Position numbers and translations under genes: made by a program. From a virus (Duplodnaviria; Caudoviricetes), in the IMG/VR virus record IMGVR_UViG_3300010052_000141, positions 1-59,269 of that record: a stretch of DNA of 59,269 nt; one strand, written 5' to 3'. Positions within the stretch are counted from its first letter, which is position 1; every line of letters begins with the position of its first letter. This document shows, piece by piece, positions 28,661 through 38,033 of the stretch. The notes beneath the pieces are model-generated. The model was given only the letters and a program-made list of their open reading frames with translations, made no database searches and had not been told where the DNA came from.

Positions 28661-29191
28661 ATGAACATGAACTTCAAGAGCCGAATTGTTGGAGCGCTTG
28701 TGCTTCTCGGTTTGGTGGGAGTTGGCGGCGTCGCTTTCGCGTTGACCACGCCTCCCAGCTATTCGGCGCGGCAGCTTCCGCTCCAGACCACCCACTACTT
28801 CCGCAAGACGGTGAACTTCAACGACGCCAATATCTCGACGGGCGTCAAGTTCGGCGCGCTTCCTCAAGGTGCCTATATCACCAGCGTGAAGTGCTTCGTC
28901 ACCACGGCGTTCAATGCGGGCACCACCAACGTGTTGGCGATGGGCACCACTGCGGCCGGCTCGGACATTCTTGCCGGCGGCACCACTGCCAACATCAACT
29001 GCAACCCTGCATCCACCGGCAATCAGACGCTTGGTGCAGCGGCTGGCGTGGGCCTGACTGTTGCCGCGGGAAACCCGACCGGGTCGAACGGCGGATTTGA
29101 TCTGTTTGCGCGCTACACGCAGACCGGTACGGCCGCGACCACGGGGCAGGTTACGTTTGTGATCGATTACGTCCCCAATAACGACCAGTGA
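28661..29191 (+). CDS. Putative capsid decoration protein with signal-peptide-like N-terminus
   Basis: Follows the capsid gene; LPQGA...VTTAFNAGTTNVL...ATTG beta-rich motif; starts KSRIVGALVLLGLVGVGGVAFA. Confidence 0.65.
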   Translation: MNMNFKSRIVGALVLLGLVGVGGVAFALTTPPSYSARQLPLQTTHYFRKTVNFNDANISTGVKFGALPQGAYITSVKCFVTTAFNAGTTNVLAMGTTAAGSDILAGGTTANINCNPASTGNQTLGAAAGVGLTVAAGNPTGSNGGFDLFARYTQTGTAATTGQVTFVIDYVPNNDQ

Positions 29192-29196
29192 ACCTG

Positions 29197-29228
29197 AGGG
29201 CGCGTCGGGGAAGCCTGACGCGCCTTTC
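29197..29228 (+). terminator. Rho-independent terminator-like hairpin
   Basis: AGGGCGCGTCGGG-gaag-CCTGACGCGCCTTT. Confidence 0.55.
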
Positions 29229-29248
29229 AACCAGCAGCAGGAGAATAC

Positions 29249-29716
29249 ATGGGAAGGCCATCGAACGCCCAACTCGCAGAGCGGGCCGCAAAGCCGCCAA
29301 CGATCACTTACATTCCGCTTCATCCCGGCGATCCAGCGGATACGCTATGGAACCGGCATCGCTTCCGCGCAAACGTTGCCGTCGTTCCTCAGGACGTCAA
29401 AGGCGGCCTTTCGGCTCAGGAGATGGTCGAAGCCGCTCGCGGAAACCCGTGGTTTGCCGTTGAAGGCGAGGAGCAGGCCAAGGCCACGCCGGTTATCCCC
29501 GAAACGCCCGAGCAGTACCGCAGCTTCGCTGTGGCATGGATCAGGTTGGCAACGGACAGCAAGGAAATGGCCCGTCGCTGGCGCTCGGAAGACGATCTGC
29601 GGGTGCAGTGCGGCTGCGGCGATGACGATATTGAGTACATACAGACCATTTACCGGTCGCGCCATGCACTGCTGAAAGAGCAGGAAGCCTTGGCGCAGAG
29701 CGCGGTCAACGAATAG
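29249..29716 (+). CDS. Hypothetical virion-module protein
   Basis: AGGAG ribosome site; position. Confidence 0.65.
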   Translation: MGRPSNAQLAERAAKPPTITYIPLHPGDPADTLWNRHRFRANVAVVPQDVKGGLSAQEMVEAARGNPWFAVEGEEQAKATPVIPETPEQYRSFAVAWIRLATDSKEMARRWRSEDDLRVQCGCGDDDIEYIQTIYRSRHALLKEQEALAQSAVNE

Positions 29717-29723
29717 GTGAACC

Positions 29724-30080
29724 TTGGGCTTCCGGACACAGGCTGATTTGTTGCAGGAAGTCCTTGAGAATTTGGGCGTTCTGGCCGCGGGCCAGACGCC
29801 TGAGACCGAAGACCTTGCCCGGGTGCAGGAGAAGCTTCCGTCCATCGTGGCGCTTCTATCTGCAACCGAAGTTGTCGCGATCCCCGATATCGAGAAGATT
29901 CCGGATGAGTGGTTTATCCCCTTGTCCTTGTGCGTGGCCTACCACTGCAAACAAAAATTTGGGCTGGTAGGTGATGCGGCAGCGTCTGTGGATAACGACT
30001 ACCAGTTAGCCCTTTTGCAGTTCCGCGTCATGAACCGTGGGCGTCCGACTGGCGAAACGATGCAGTCGGATGCGTTCTAG
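29724..30080 (+). CDS. Head-tail adaptor, P22 gp4-like
   Basis: DLLQEVLENLGVLAAGQTP...ED motif; precedes the gp10-like gene. Confidence 0.72.
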   Translation: MGFRTQADLLQEVLENLGVLAAGQTPETEDLARVQEKLPSIVALLSATEVVAIPDIEKIPDEWFIPLSLCVAYHCKQKFGLVGDAAASVDNDYQLALLQFRVMNRGRPTGETMQSDAF

Positions 30081-31529
30081 GTGGCCCGGCCCGTACCAAT
30101 TCCTTTCCCGCTTTCGACCGCTCCCGGGGCTTCGCCAGCGGAAAGCGGCGGCCGTCTCAAGAATTGCTATGCCGAGCCGCTAGAGGACAAGCGGGTTGCG
30201 TATCGGCGATCGGCCGGTTTGACGGCATTCGCAACAACCGGGCGCACTGGTTACCGCGGCGCCATTCTGATGCCGGGTGCGCTTTACGTTGCCGAACTGA
30301 ACCGGGTGATCTCGGTAGACGCCAATGGCACCGTTACGGATATCGGCGCGCTCGCTGGAGCGCTGCCGGTTACCATGGCGCGCAACAACCTTAATCCGAC
30401 GCCGCAATTGGCGATAGTCTCTGAAAACGGGGCATTTTATTCCTCCGGCGGTTCGGCGCCAGTCAGTTGGCCGGATGCCGATTTGCCGGTACCAAATTCC
30501 GTTGCATTTCAGGATGGCTATTTTTTCTGGACCATTGGCGACGGACGGGCGTTCGCCAGTGATCTGAATTCTTCCTCGGTCAACAGCCTTTCGTTTGTCA
30601 CCATCCAGTCTCGCAGCTCGGACGCGTTGGTGCGCGGGATACCGTATAAGGGCGTAATGTTGTTTTTCAAAACCTCATCGTGTGAGGCATGGAACGACGT
30701 CGCCAATCCAAGCCCAACTTTCCCCTACAGTCGCCTGCAGGTGATCGATCGTGGACTCTTGGGGCCCAATGCAATTGCTGGGTGGCAGGATGGCTTTGGG
30801 CAATTGCTGTGGGTGGCGGATGACGGAGGCGTGTACAGATTTACCGACAGCACAAGCTTTGGGTTGCAAAAGGTAAGCCCGCCTGATCTTGACCGGAAAA
30901 TAGCGGCTGTTTCGGACAAGACAACCCTGTTGGCGGGGTGCTACGTCAGCGGCGGGAAATCGATCTGGTATCTTTCCTCGCCAACATGGACCTGGGAATT
31001 CAATCTGAATTCTGAAAAGTGGAACGAGCGCGAATCGTTTCAGGCCGGAAACAATACGACGGGGGCGTTTTCGGTCTGGCGCGGGCAGGGCGGCACGCTA
31101 GCATTCGGCAAATGGATATTGGGTGATCTCCAAACCGGCAATCTCGGCTATATCGACGCCACGGCGCAAACCGAGTTCGGACAGCCAATCCGAATGCGAA
31201 TTGAGAGCGCCGAAGTGGCTGATTTCCCGAACCGGACGAGGGTGGGGCGAGCGGATTTTAATTGGGTAACCGGCGTCGGCATCTCAACCGGGACCGCGAG
31301 CCAGCAAAATCCAAAGGCCGAAATTAGCTGGTCGGATGACGGCGGCCTGAAATGGAAATATCCGGTTTTGCGGACGCTTGGCGCGCAGGGTAATGCGGGA
31401 CAGCGCGTGACCGTTTTGAATGCGGGCACGTCAGGCCCCAGAGGCCGGCGGTGGCGTATGGATGTGTCGGACAGCGTGTATGCAGCCTTCGTCAACGGCA
31501 CGCAGTCGGCTGATCCGAGAGCAGGCTAG
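30081..31529 (+). CDS. Packaged DNA stabilization / tail hub protein, P22 gp10-like
   Basis: SVAFQDGYF and ISWSDDGG..W motifs; 482 aa beta-rich. Confidence 0.85.
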   Translation: MARPVPIPFPLSTAPGASPAESGGRLKNCYAEPLEDKRVAYRRSAGLTAFATTGRTGYRGAILMPGALYVAELNRVISVDANGTVTDIGALAGALPVTMARNNLNPTPQLAIVSENGAFYSSGGSAPVSWPDADLPVPNSVAFQDGYFFWTIGDGRAFASDLNSSSVNSLSFVTIQSRSSDALVRGIPYKGVMLFFKTSSCEAWNDVANPSPTFPYSRLQVIDRGLLGPNAIAGWQDGFGQLLWVADDGGVYRFTDSTSFGLQKVSPPDLDRKIAAVSDKTTLLAGCYVSGGKSIWYLSSPTWTWEFNLNSEKWNERESFQAGNNTTGAFSVWRGQGGTLAFGKWILGDLQTGNLGYIDATAQTEFGQPIRMRIESAEVADFPNRTRVGRADFNWVTGVGISTGTASQQNPKAEISWSDDGGLKWKYPVLRTLGAQGNAGQRVTVLNAGTSGPRGRRWRMDVSDSVYAAFVNGTQSADPRAG

Positions 31530-31531
31530 AG

Positions 31532-31879
31532 GTGAGACCAGCACTTCCAACGGCGTTATTCGTCCTGACGGACGACGAAAACAACGCGACGGTTTCATTC
31601 AATATCTGGGAAGCGTGGGTTGATGGCCGGGTGGTGGCCTTGGCACTGGGATCGAGCAGCCACCCACCGCTTCCGCCCGGGCCTATCATCGTGGCGCGAC
31701 AGCCGACCATTCCCTACGCGGCGTGGTTGGCCTGGGTGGACAGGTCGGTGCGCAGCTACGGGACGGTGAGTCTGAGGCCGCCGTTGCCACCTTCGAACCT
31801 GGCCCTGGTCGGCGCGGATCGAAAGACGACAATCCCGTTTTTCACGTGGTTGCGGTATGTGGACAAACTGCTTTCCTGA
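31532..31879 (+). CDS. Small virion-module protein with internal repeats
   Basis: Three P-LP...T..(F/Y)..W...VD repeats. Confidence 0.65.
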   Translation: MRPALPTALFVLTDDENNATVSFNIWEAWVDGRVVALALGSSSHPPLPPGPIIVARQPTIPYAAWLAWVDRSVRSYGTVSLRPPLPPSNLALVGADRKTTIPFFTWLRYVDKLLS

Positions 31880-31939
31880 TCCGGAAATTGTTCATTGCTC
31901 GGGGGTTAAATTGGGGCGCATCTAACTGATGGGCGGCCC

Positions 31940-32608
31940 ATGGCCTCGATTTTCGATCTTTTTAACAACGATAACGCACAGGCTGCCGCCGATGCGCAGA
32001 AGGCCGGTATCGCAGCCGGCCAAGCGCAGGCTACTGGCAATTTAAATCGTGGCCTAGACCTCGCAACCGGCTCCTACACCGCAGGTCTCCAGCCGTTTCA
32101 GCAGAACTACGCGACCGCGCAGGGCGGCCAGAGTGCTTATGCTGACGCGACGGGCGCAAATGGTCCGGAGGGCAACGCGCGCGCAGTACAGAATTTCCAG
32201 ACCGGCCCGGGCTATCAGTTTCAGTTAGATCAGGGCGCGCAAAACGTGATGCGCAATAAAGCCGCTACCGGCCAGCTAGCTTCGGGCGCGACTGACGTTG
32301 ATTTGCAGAAGCAAGGCCAGGGAATGGCCAATCAGTCTTGGCAGCAATACATTACCAACCTCGCGCCGTTTCTCGGGCAGGCTACCGCAAACGCTGGCGG
32401 TATTGGCACATTGCAGGCTGGTTTAGGCAATCTGCAAAACCAGAACCTTGGCCAGCAGGCCTCACTCAACTATGGCGCGGCCACCTCAGCAGGAAACGCG
32501 CAGGCAAATGCCGATTTGGCCAATAACGCGGCGGCGGCGAATATTTTTGGTGCGTTGAAGGGCGGCGTCGGTCTAGCCAGTAATCTCTTTGGCTTCCTCG
32601 GTCAGTGA
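31940..32608 (+). CDS. DNA ejection protein, gp7-like
   Basis: PGYQFQLDQG...ASGAT motif; Q/A/G/N-rich. Confidence 0.8.
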   Translation: MASIFDLFNNDNAQAAADAQKAGIAAGQAQATGNLNRGLDLATGSYTAGLQPFQQNYATAQGGQSAYADATGANGPEGNARAVQNFQTGPGYQFQLDQGAQNVMRNKAATGQLASGATDVDLQKQGQGMANQSWQQYITNLAPFLGQATANAGGIGTLQAGLGNLQNQNLGQQASLNYGAATSAGNAQANADLANNAAAANIFGALKGGVGLASNLFGFLGQ

Positions 32609-32620
32609 GGGGCTGAGCAA

Positions 32621-32812
32621 ATGCAGCCGTTCAGGCCGCCTCCGAAGCCGAACTATGCAGCGCCCCTCTTGCAGATGGGTGCACCTAATCCGAACGCCAA
32701 GCTGATTCCCCGGCTTCCGAACGGGGCAATCGATTATGCGGCGCTGGCCAAGATCGCGGCGCCACAGAACCAGCCGAAGCCGGTTTTTAGACTTGGAGGG
32801 CCGAATGGCTAG
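32621..32812 (+). CDS. Small Pro-rich hypothetical protein
   Basis: Fills the gap between the ejection genes. Confidence 0.45.
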   Translation: MQPFRPPPKPNYAAPLLQMGAPNPNAKLIPRLPNGAIDYAALAKIAAPQNQPKPVFRLGGPNG

Positions 32813-34364
32813 TTGGGACTCGCCAGTCGTACCTTCTCCGAGTGCTGCCAATTACGGCGCTCCCGTGCAGGACTTTTCCGGCTTCGCCAATCTTTTGCAG
32901 GATTTTGTAAAAGGTAGGCAGGCGGGCAGGGAAGAGCAGAAGGCAACGCTTTTCAGGAACGGAATTCCGCGCCAAGGTGGTGGAGAGACAGGGCCTTACG
33001 ACATTGACAAGATTGCGACCGAGGCGGCCAAGGTCGGCGGTGTGGAGTACGCTCGGCCATTTATCGACTTGCAAGTTCAATCACAGAATGCGGCAGAGGG
33101 CCGGAAGGCGGCTGAGGAAGCAGACAGGTTAGCAAGAGGTGGGGGCTCTACCCCACCCTCTAACGAATCAACCCCATCACCGCGTGTGAAAACACCAGTG
33201 CTCACCGCTGCCCCGTCGCCAGCTGCGACAGGCAATAGCGAGCAGGATACTATCCGTTCGCTTGCAACGGAGTCTTCAGGCGGCCAGGACGCGATGCCCG
33301 TGATCGGCTCCGCTGCGCGGGTATTGAGAATTAATCCAGACGCTCCGCTGACGCCGGATCAGGTCGTAAAAGTAAAAGAGTTTTTTGCAAACTCAGCAAA
33401 GCCGCCGGTAGCGCCGCCGCCGGTAGACCCAGCAACCGCCGATCCCAGCGAGCGTATAGCAAAGGGCTTTAGTGCTGCGCCGCTGCCGCAGGTCGCAGCA
33501 TTACAGGCGCAGGCGGACCGTTACGGGCAGGCCGAGCACCGTGTTACGCAGCAGGCGCTAACCGCGGCAGCTTCCGGTAATAAATTGCTGGAAGCAGAGC
33601 TTAGAACCAAGGCTGGATATTATCACGACTTGCAAAAAGGGATACTAGATCAGATCGCGAAGGCGAACGAAATGACGCCGGATATGAAAAATGCCGCAGC
33701 GTCTGGGCAGTCTCTGACTGATTATCAGAACCGGACCGATGAAAACACGACGCAGCGCGATATTCTAACCAAGAGTATCATCCCTCGAATTGACAAGTCG
33801 CAGGAAATGGCGACCGCGGCTCGTGATGATATCGACGCTATTCATCGCGCGCGCGCCGAACTGGATAAGAAGGGCGGCGTTTTCTCAGGGGCTTTCGCCG
33901 ATAAGAAGCTGTACCTTGCAAAGGCCGCTGAGGTGTTGGGCATTCCAAATGCCGACAAGATCAAGAATACCGAGGCTTACGGAGCAGCAATCGGCTCGCG
34001 TGTAGCCTCGATGGTTAAAGCTTTCGGCAGCGGCACCGCCATTTCGGACGGCGATAGGAGGTTCGCTGCCGCAATGGCCGGCGGCCAAATCACCCTTGAT
34101 GAAAAATCCATGCGCCGAATTCTAGAGATCGGTGAGAAAGCGGCACGCGGCAAGATCAAATATCACAACGAGTTCGTTGATAAGTCTGTGAAGGCCAATG
34201 ATGGGCTGAAGGCTGCCAAGGAGTCGTTCGTAGTTGAGGCGCCTAAGGAATACAAGAAGGAGGTGCCATCTGCTGTCAGTCCGCAAGAAGGCGATGTCAT
34301 ATTTAATGCCAAGACGGGTGAGCGCTTGAAGCTGCAGGGCGGCAAGTGGGCGCCGGTCACATGA
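32805..34364 (+). CDS. Putative DNA ejection protein
   Basis: GGAGGG before MASWDS; helical; GTAISDGD motif; position. Confidence 0.7.
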   Translation: MASWDSPVVPSPSAANYGAPVQDFSGFANLLQDFVKGRQAGREEQKATLFRNGIPRQGGGETGPYDIDKIATEAAKVGGVEYARPFIDLQVQSQNAAEGRKAAEEADRLARGGGSTPPSNESTPSPRVKTPVLTAAPSPAATGNSEQDTIRSLATESSGGQDAMPVIGSAARVLRINPDAPLTPDQVVKVKEFFANSAKPPVAPPPVDPATADPSERIAKGFSAAPLPQVAALQAQADRYGQAEHRVTQQALTAAASGNKLLEAELRTKAGYYHDLQKGILDQIAKANEMTPDMKNAAASGQSLTDYQNRTDENTTQRDILTKSIIPRIDKSQEMATAARDDIDAIHRARAELDKKGGVFSGAFADKKLYLAKAAEVLGIPNADKIKNTEAYGAAIGSRVASMVKAFGSGTAISDGDRRFAAAMAGGQITLDEKSMRRILEIGEKAARGKIKYHNEFVDKSVKANDGLKAAKESFVVEAPKEYKKEVPSAVSPQEGDVIFNAKTGERLKLQGGKWAPVT

Positions 34365-35716
34365 GCGAGATTCCTGAGGGGTTTGTCTTGGAGCAACCAG
34401 CGGTATCGCCGTCACCGGCAATACCGGAAGGTTTTCAGTTGGAAAGTAAGCCGACTGAGGTTAAGCCGCGCCGGTCGTTCATGGATAAGCTTGGTGAGAC
34501 CAACATTGGTCATGCCGCAAAATCAATTTATAGCGCGGTTACCTTGCCAGGCGATGTGATGGTAGGCAAGGCCCACGTTCCTGCCAGCATGGACGCGCAG
34601 TCTATTCCGGGCGCAGTGCCATTCGGCTCTTCGGAAAGTTCCGGAGAGCGTATTGCGGACTTGGCATTGATTGCAAATCCCGCGAGTGTCGCTCAGGGGA
34701 CAGGCAAAGCGGTTGCTGGTGTGGCTCAAACTGCCCGAGAGCGCGCCGCACCATCGATACCCTCCCTTAAGGAAGCTGCAGCGGCGGGGTTTCAAAGCCC
34801 AGAGGTTAAAGGACTAGGTGTAAAATCCCCGGTTTTAAAGAATTTTGGCGAAGCTGTACAAAGCTTGTTGAATGAAGCCGGAGTTGAGGAGATCCTGGCC
34901 CCAAAAACGTTTGGTATCCTCGCTCGGTTGCAGAAAACTCCAGAAGAAGCGGTTATATCCGGAACAAACATCCAAACAATTCGACGTGCATTTGGGCATG
35001 CAGCAAATTCGCCGGACGCGACCGAGCGGCTTGCGGCTAAAACTGTCATTGACCACTTGGATAATTTTGTTCCCATTCTTCGTAGCGAGGAGGTTGTATC
35101 AGGAAGCGCGCCCGCGGCTGCAAAAACGTTGGAGACTGCTCGGGGAAATTATTCTGCAGCAAAGCGTGCCGAAACGATTGATAACAAGACTGTTCAAGCG
35201 GAGTTGCGCGCCGCTGCAGCCAACTCTGGGCAAAATGTGTCGAACACAATCAGGCAGCGCATGGCAGATATCCTCATCAAGCCAGAATTGAGACGAGGCT
35301 TTGCGGCGGACGAGTTGGCGGCGATGGAAGGTATCGTCCGGGGTTCAAAAATCGAGAACGGGCTTCGGTTCGCTGGCAACGCTTTGGGCGGTGGTGGGGG
35401 GCTTGGAGCAGCGGTTACCGGGCTGTTAACTGCTGGCGTTGCGCCGGCAGTAGGCTACGGCCTGAAGCAACTCAGCAATACATTGAGCTTGCGCAAGATC
35501 GGCCAGCTTTCGGAATTGATTCGATCGAACGCGCCACTAGCCAGTTCGTTGGAAAAATTTGGAGAAAAGTCTCAAGCCTTCTCGGAGGGGAAGACGCCAC
35601 GAGCGCGGGGCGATTTGGCGATAGCAACACGCAATCTGGTGAACAATCTCAACGCGAGCGGAATTTCAGTGGCGGCGCGCGATCTGATCCAAGATCATTC
35701 GAGCCAGTCGCAGTAA
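34361..35716 (+). CDS. Putative DNA ejection protein
   Basis: IPEGF repeats at the N-terminus; Ala-rich helical; ATGA overlap. Confidence 0.7.
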   Translation: MSEIPEGFVLEQPAVSPSPAIPEGFQLESKPTEVKPRRSFMDKLGETNIGHAAKSIYSAVTLPGDVMVGKAHVPASMDAQSIPGAVPFGSSESSGERIADLALIANPASVAQGTGKAVAGVAQTARERAAPSIPSLKEAAAAGFQSPEVKGLGVKSPVLKNFGEAVQSLLNEAGVEEILAPKTFGILARLQKTPEEAVISGTNIQTIRRAFGHAANSPDATERLAAKTVIDHLDNFVPILRSEEVVSGSAPAAAKTLETARGNYSAAKRAETIDNKTVQAELRAAAANSGQNVSNTIRQRMADILIKPELRRGFAADELAAMEGIVRGSKIENGLRFAGNALGGGGGLGAAVTGLLTAGVAPAVGYGLKQLSNTLSLRKIGQLSELIRSNAPLASSLEKFGEKSQAFSEGKTPRARGDLAIATRNLVNNLNASGISVAARDLIQDHSSQSQ

Positions 35717-35904
35717 ATCCACATTATACCACCAGCAATTAGAACCGGACCAATAATCGCTGGGAATCCAATTAAATGGCCGGTTGTTATCGACCAAATG
35801 AAAAGAATTATGCCAACGACAATCGCTGGCAAACTAAAACACAACCCGATCAACCTTCGCAGCAACGAAGGTCTAGGCCTTCGTGCTCGAATGTGAGATT
35901 GCAA
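35695..35904 (-). CDS. Small two-TM membrane protein
   Basis: Two hydrophobic segments. Confidence 0.5.
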   Translation of the reverse strand: MQSHIRARRPRPSLLRRLIGLCFSLPAIVVGIILFIWSITTGHLIGFPAIIGPVLIAGGIMWIYCDWLE

Positions 35905-35991
35905 AACTTCAGCGGCGCGCTCCAGGTCTTTCAGATCGTGCCGATCAAGAATTGGATTTGGTTTTTCTACTGTCAGAGGAGACCTCGATGG

Positions 35992-36258
35992 CTAATTTCG
36001 ATCAGTCCGCGGCGGGACCTGCATGCTCTGAACGTGGGGCAGTTCATCTGGAAGGCCGAGTTGTTTCTGAACGTCTTTCAGAAGAGCTAATAGCCTCATT
36101 GCATCTGCCACGGTCATTCCTAGGCGGATATATTTCCCGCTGGGTCGGCCCACCGGATCATACTTTACCAATTCGCCTAGAATAACGATTTGCTTCTCAT
36201 TTCCAGCGATATCCGGCTTGACGATTAATAGATCGTACTCGATTTCGATCTCTTTCAC
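35992..36258 (-). CDS. Hypothetical protein
   Basis: GGAGGGG before the GTG start. Confidence 0.55.
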   Translation of the reverse strand: MKEIEIEYDLLIVKPDIAGNEKQIVILGELVKYDPVGRPSGKYIRLGMTVADAMRLLALLKDVQKQLGLPDELPHVQSMQVPPRTDRN

Positions 36259-36288
36259 TGACGCCCCCTCCCGCCGAGGAGAGGGATT

Positions 36289-36429
36289 TCAGCCCTTTTT
36301 CTTGCCCGAGTCGAGCGCTACGTCATTCTTCTTGGCCCGCTCGATTAGCCAAATCTCACAGGCGCAGAATGCGCCCACCGCGATGAACATGAAAATAGGA
36401 CCGCCGATGGCTAATTGGGTCAGGGTCAT
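36289..36429 (-). CDS. 46 aa single-TM protein (not in ORF track)
   Basis: MTLTQLAIGGPIFMFIAVGAFCACEIWLIERAKKNDVALDSGKKKG, translated by hand. Confidence 0.5.
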   Translation of the reverse strand: MTLTQLAIGGPIFMFIAVGAFCACEIWLIERAKKNDVALDSGKKKG

Positions 36430-36433
36430 AGGG

Positions 36434-36661
36434 TTACCCTACAGAGCGGCGTGAAATTGTTGGCTCTGGGATTGGCTGATGATTTTCCTGCGCTGCCTCA
36501 AGCCAGCACTGGATGGCATCTTGAATGTTCTGAACGGCTTCGAATTGGGTTTCTCCGTCCGACATGCAGCCGGGGAGATCAGGCACGGTCGCCAGAAAGC
36601 CGCCGCCGTCTTCTTCCGAAAGCGGGTCGATCACGATCGTATAGCTTGGTCGTTCACCCAT
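36434..36661 (-). CDS. hicB: HicB-family antitoxin domain, no adjacent HicA
   Basis: EEDGGGFLATVPDLPGCMSDGET..EAVQNIQDAI...PIPEP. Confidence 0.9.
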   Translation of the reverse strand: MGERPSYTIVIDPLSEEDGGGFLATVPDLPGCMSDGETQFEAVQNIQDAIQCWLEAAQENHQPIPEPTISRRSVG

Positions 36662-36670
36662 GGTCTCAAT

Positions 36671-36808
36671 TCACTCAGCAGGATGATGGAAGCCCACCTC
36701 AGCCGCTTTCCGCTGGCGAACCTTGTGAAGCATGACACGTGCCCAGATGACGGCAAGCAAGCCAACGAGAGCCGGAGTAGCGAGGGCCAATATCTGGATA
36801 CTGTTCAT
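36671..36808 (-). CDS. 45 aa single-TM protein (not in ORF track)
   Basis: MNSIQILALATPALVGLLAVIWARVMLHKVRQRKAAEVGFHHPAE; ATGA overlap. Confidence 0.5.
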   Translation of the reverse strand: MNSIQILALATPALVGLLAVIWARVMLHKVRQRKAAEVGFHHPAE

Positions 36809-37032
36809 CTGATCTCTCCGAGAAGCTGCGCACCCGTCTCATGTAGGATCGCCCCCATCGTAAGGCAAAACCCAGCGATTATCGAGAGAAGCCCTAAATT
36901 CGCGCCGGTAGGCTGAGTTCCAGAAATTAATGCGGCAATGGGCGCGATGATCCCACCAGATATGACTGCGACCGAAACCGAATTTAGAAATGAGGCTCGG
37001 TGCTTGAGGACTTCGATTTCAGCGAGCGTCAC
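36805..37032 (-). CDS. Small two-TM membrane protein
   Basis: Hydrophobic hairpin; GTGA overlap with the RHH gene. Confidence 0.6.
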   Translation of the reverse strand: MTLAEIEVLKHRASFLNSVSVAVISGGIIAPIAALISGTQPTGANLGLLSIIAGFCLTMGAILHETGAQLLGEIR

Positions 37033-37190
37033 TTGGATTTCGCAGTCTTTTCAAGGGCCTGCTCAACGAGCCGCCGAATAGCCTCTGGCCGGCCGGGAAG
37101 GTCGTCTTGAGTGCGGCGCCAGTTGTCAATGGTTTTCACCTGTTCCGGGGAAAGGCGGACCATCACAGGCAAACTCTCATCCTTGGCCAT
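37029..37190 (-). CDS. Ribbon-helix-helix (Arc/Mnt/CopG-like) repressor, 53 aa (not in ORF track)
   Basis: MAKDESLPVMVRLSPEQVKTIDNWRRTQDDLPGRPEAIRRLVEQALEKTAKSK. Confidence 0.8.
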   Translation of the reverse strand: MAKDESLPVMVRLSPEQVKTIDNWRRTQDDLPGRPEAIRRLVEQALEKTAKSK

Positions 37191-37192
37191 AA

Positions 37193-37248
37193 TATTTTGA
37201 TATCATGCTATTGACGGATTATTCCGCTGCTGCCATGATATCAAAATA
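37193..37248. promoter_or_regulatory. Divergent promoter flanked by a 15-bp inverted repeat (operator)
   Basis: TATTTTGATATCATG (37193-37207) and CATGATATCAAAATA (37234-37248) around TTGACG. Confidence 0.75.
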
Positions 37249-37309
37249 GCAGGCCGAAGGGAAGCGCCAACTTCCACTTCGACCCTAACTCAAACCCCGG
37301 AGTTGACCC

Positions 37310-37849
37310 GTGGCTCAAGCTGAAGCGATTCCTACCACAAGAAGGCAGTTCTCCAAGTGGCTGGCGGCGGTAGGTGCCACGGCATTCATTGCGGTCCCAG
37401 CGGCCTCGCGTGAAGCGACTGTGGATTGGCAGGCGCTGGAGGCCGAATACCTCGGAAAATTGGAAGAAATTTTTGCGGCCAACGAGAAGATCGCGGCGGC
37501 CGACAAGGGTTTCAGAGCTTGGGAAAAGCGGAACCCTTATCCGGTTGAACCGGACTACGACTCTCATAACGCGCGCATCGCTGATTTTCGGCGGCTCCGT
37601 GATGCGCAGAGTAAGCACGCGGAACGTTGGTGCCGAGCGCGCATGCAATGCGGCATCGGGAAGGCTCAAAAACAGCGGCTAGTGTTGCAAGACGAATGGC
37701 AAGCAATCGAAATGAGGATTGCCGATATCCCCGCAAAAACACTGGCAGACATACGCAGCAAGGCGCTCATCGGTCGCCACAACGTTTCTGGCTTGATCAA
37801 TCAGTCCTTGTCAAAAGACCTATTGAATCTGAATCTCGCGCTGACCTGA
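37310..37849 (+). CDS. Hypothetical protein with a twin-arginine-like N-terminus
   Basis: TRRQF motif; C-terminal IPAKTLADIRSKA. Confidence 0.65.
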   Translation: MAQAEAIPTTRRQFSKWLAAVGATAFIAVPAASREATVDWQALEAEYLGKLEEIFAANEKIAAADKGFRAWEKRNPYPVEPDYDSHNARIADFRRLRDAQSKHAERWCRARMQCGIGKAQKQRLVLQDEWQAIEMRIADIPAKTLADIRSKALIGRHNVSGLINQSLSKDLLNLNLALT

Positions 37850-38033
37850 AAATAAATTCCAGGCACCCCCTTCGAACTTTGCGAAAACCGCCGATAATTC
37901 GAACAAGCACAACATTTTCGCCTCTGGCAGGGCGATAGAACGCGAAAACCATCGCTTCATCGGCGTCCGGTTTCGCGAAAGTGAACCCGCGCGTTCCGGG
38001 CCTGCCAGGGCCGGACGTCGATGGAGAACCATA

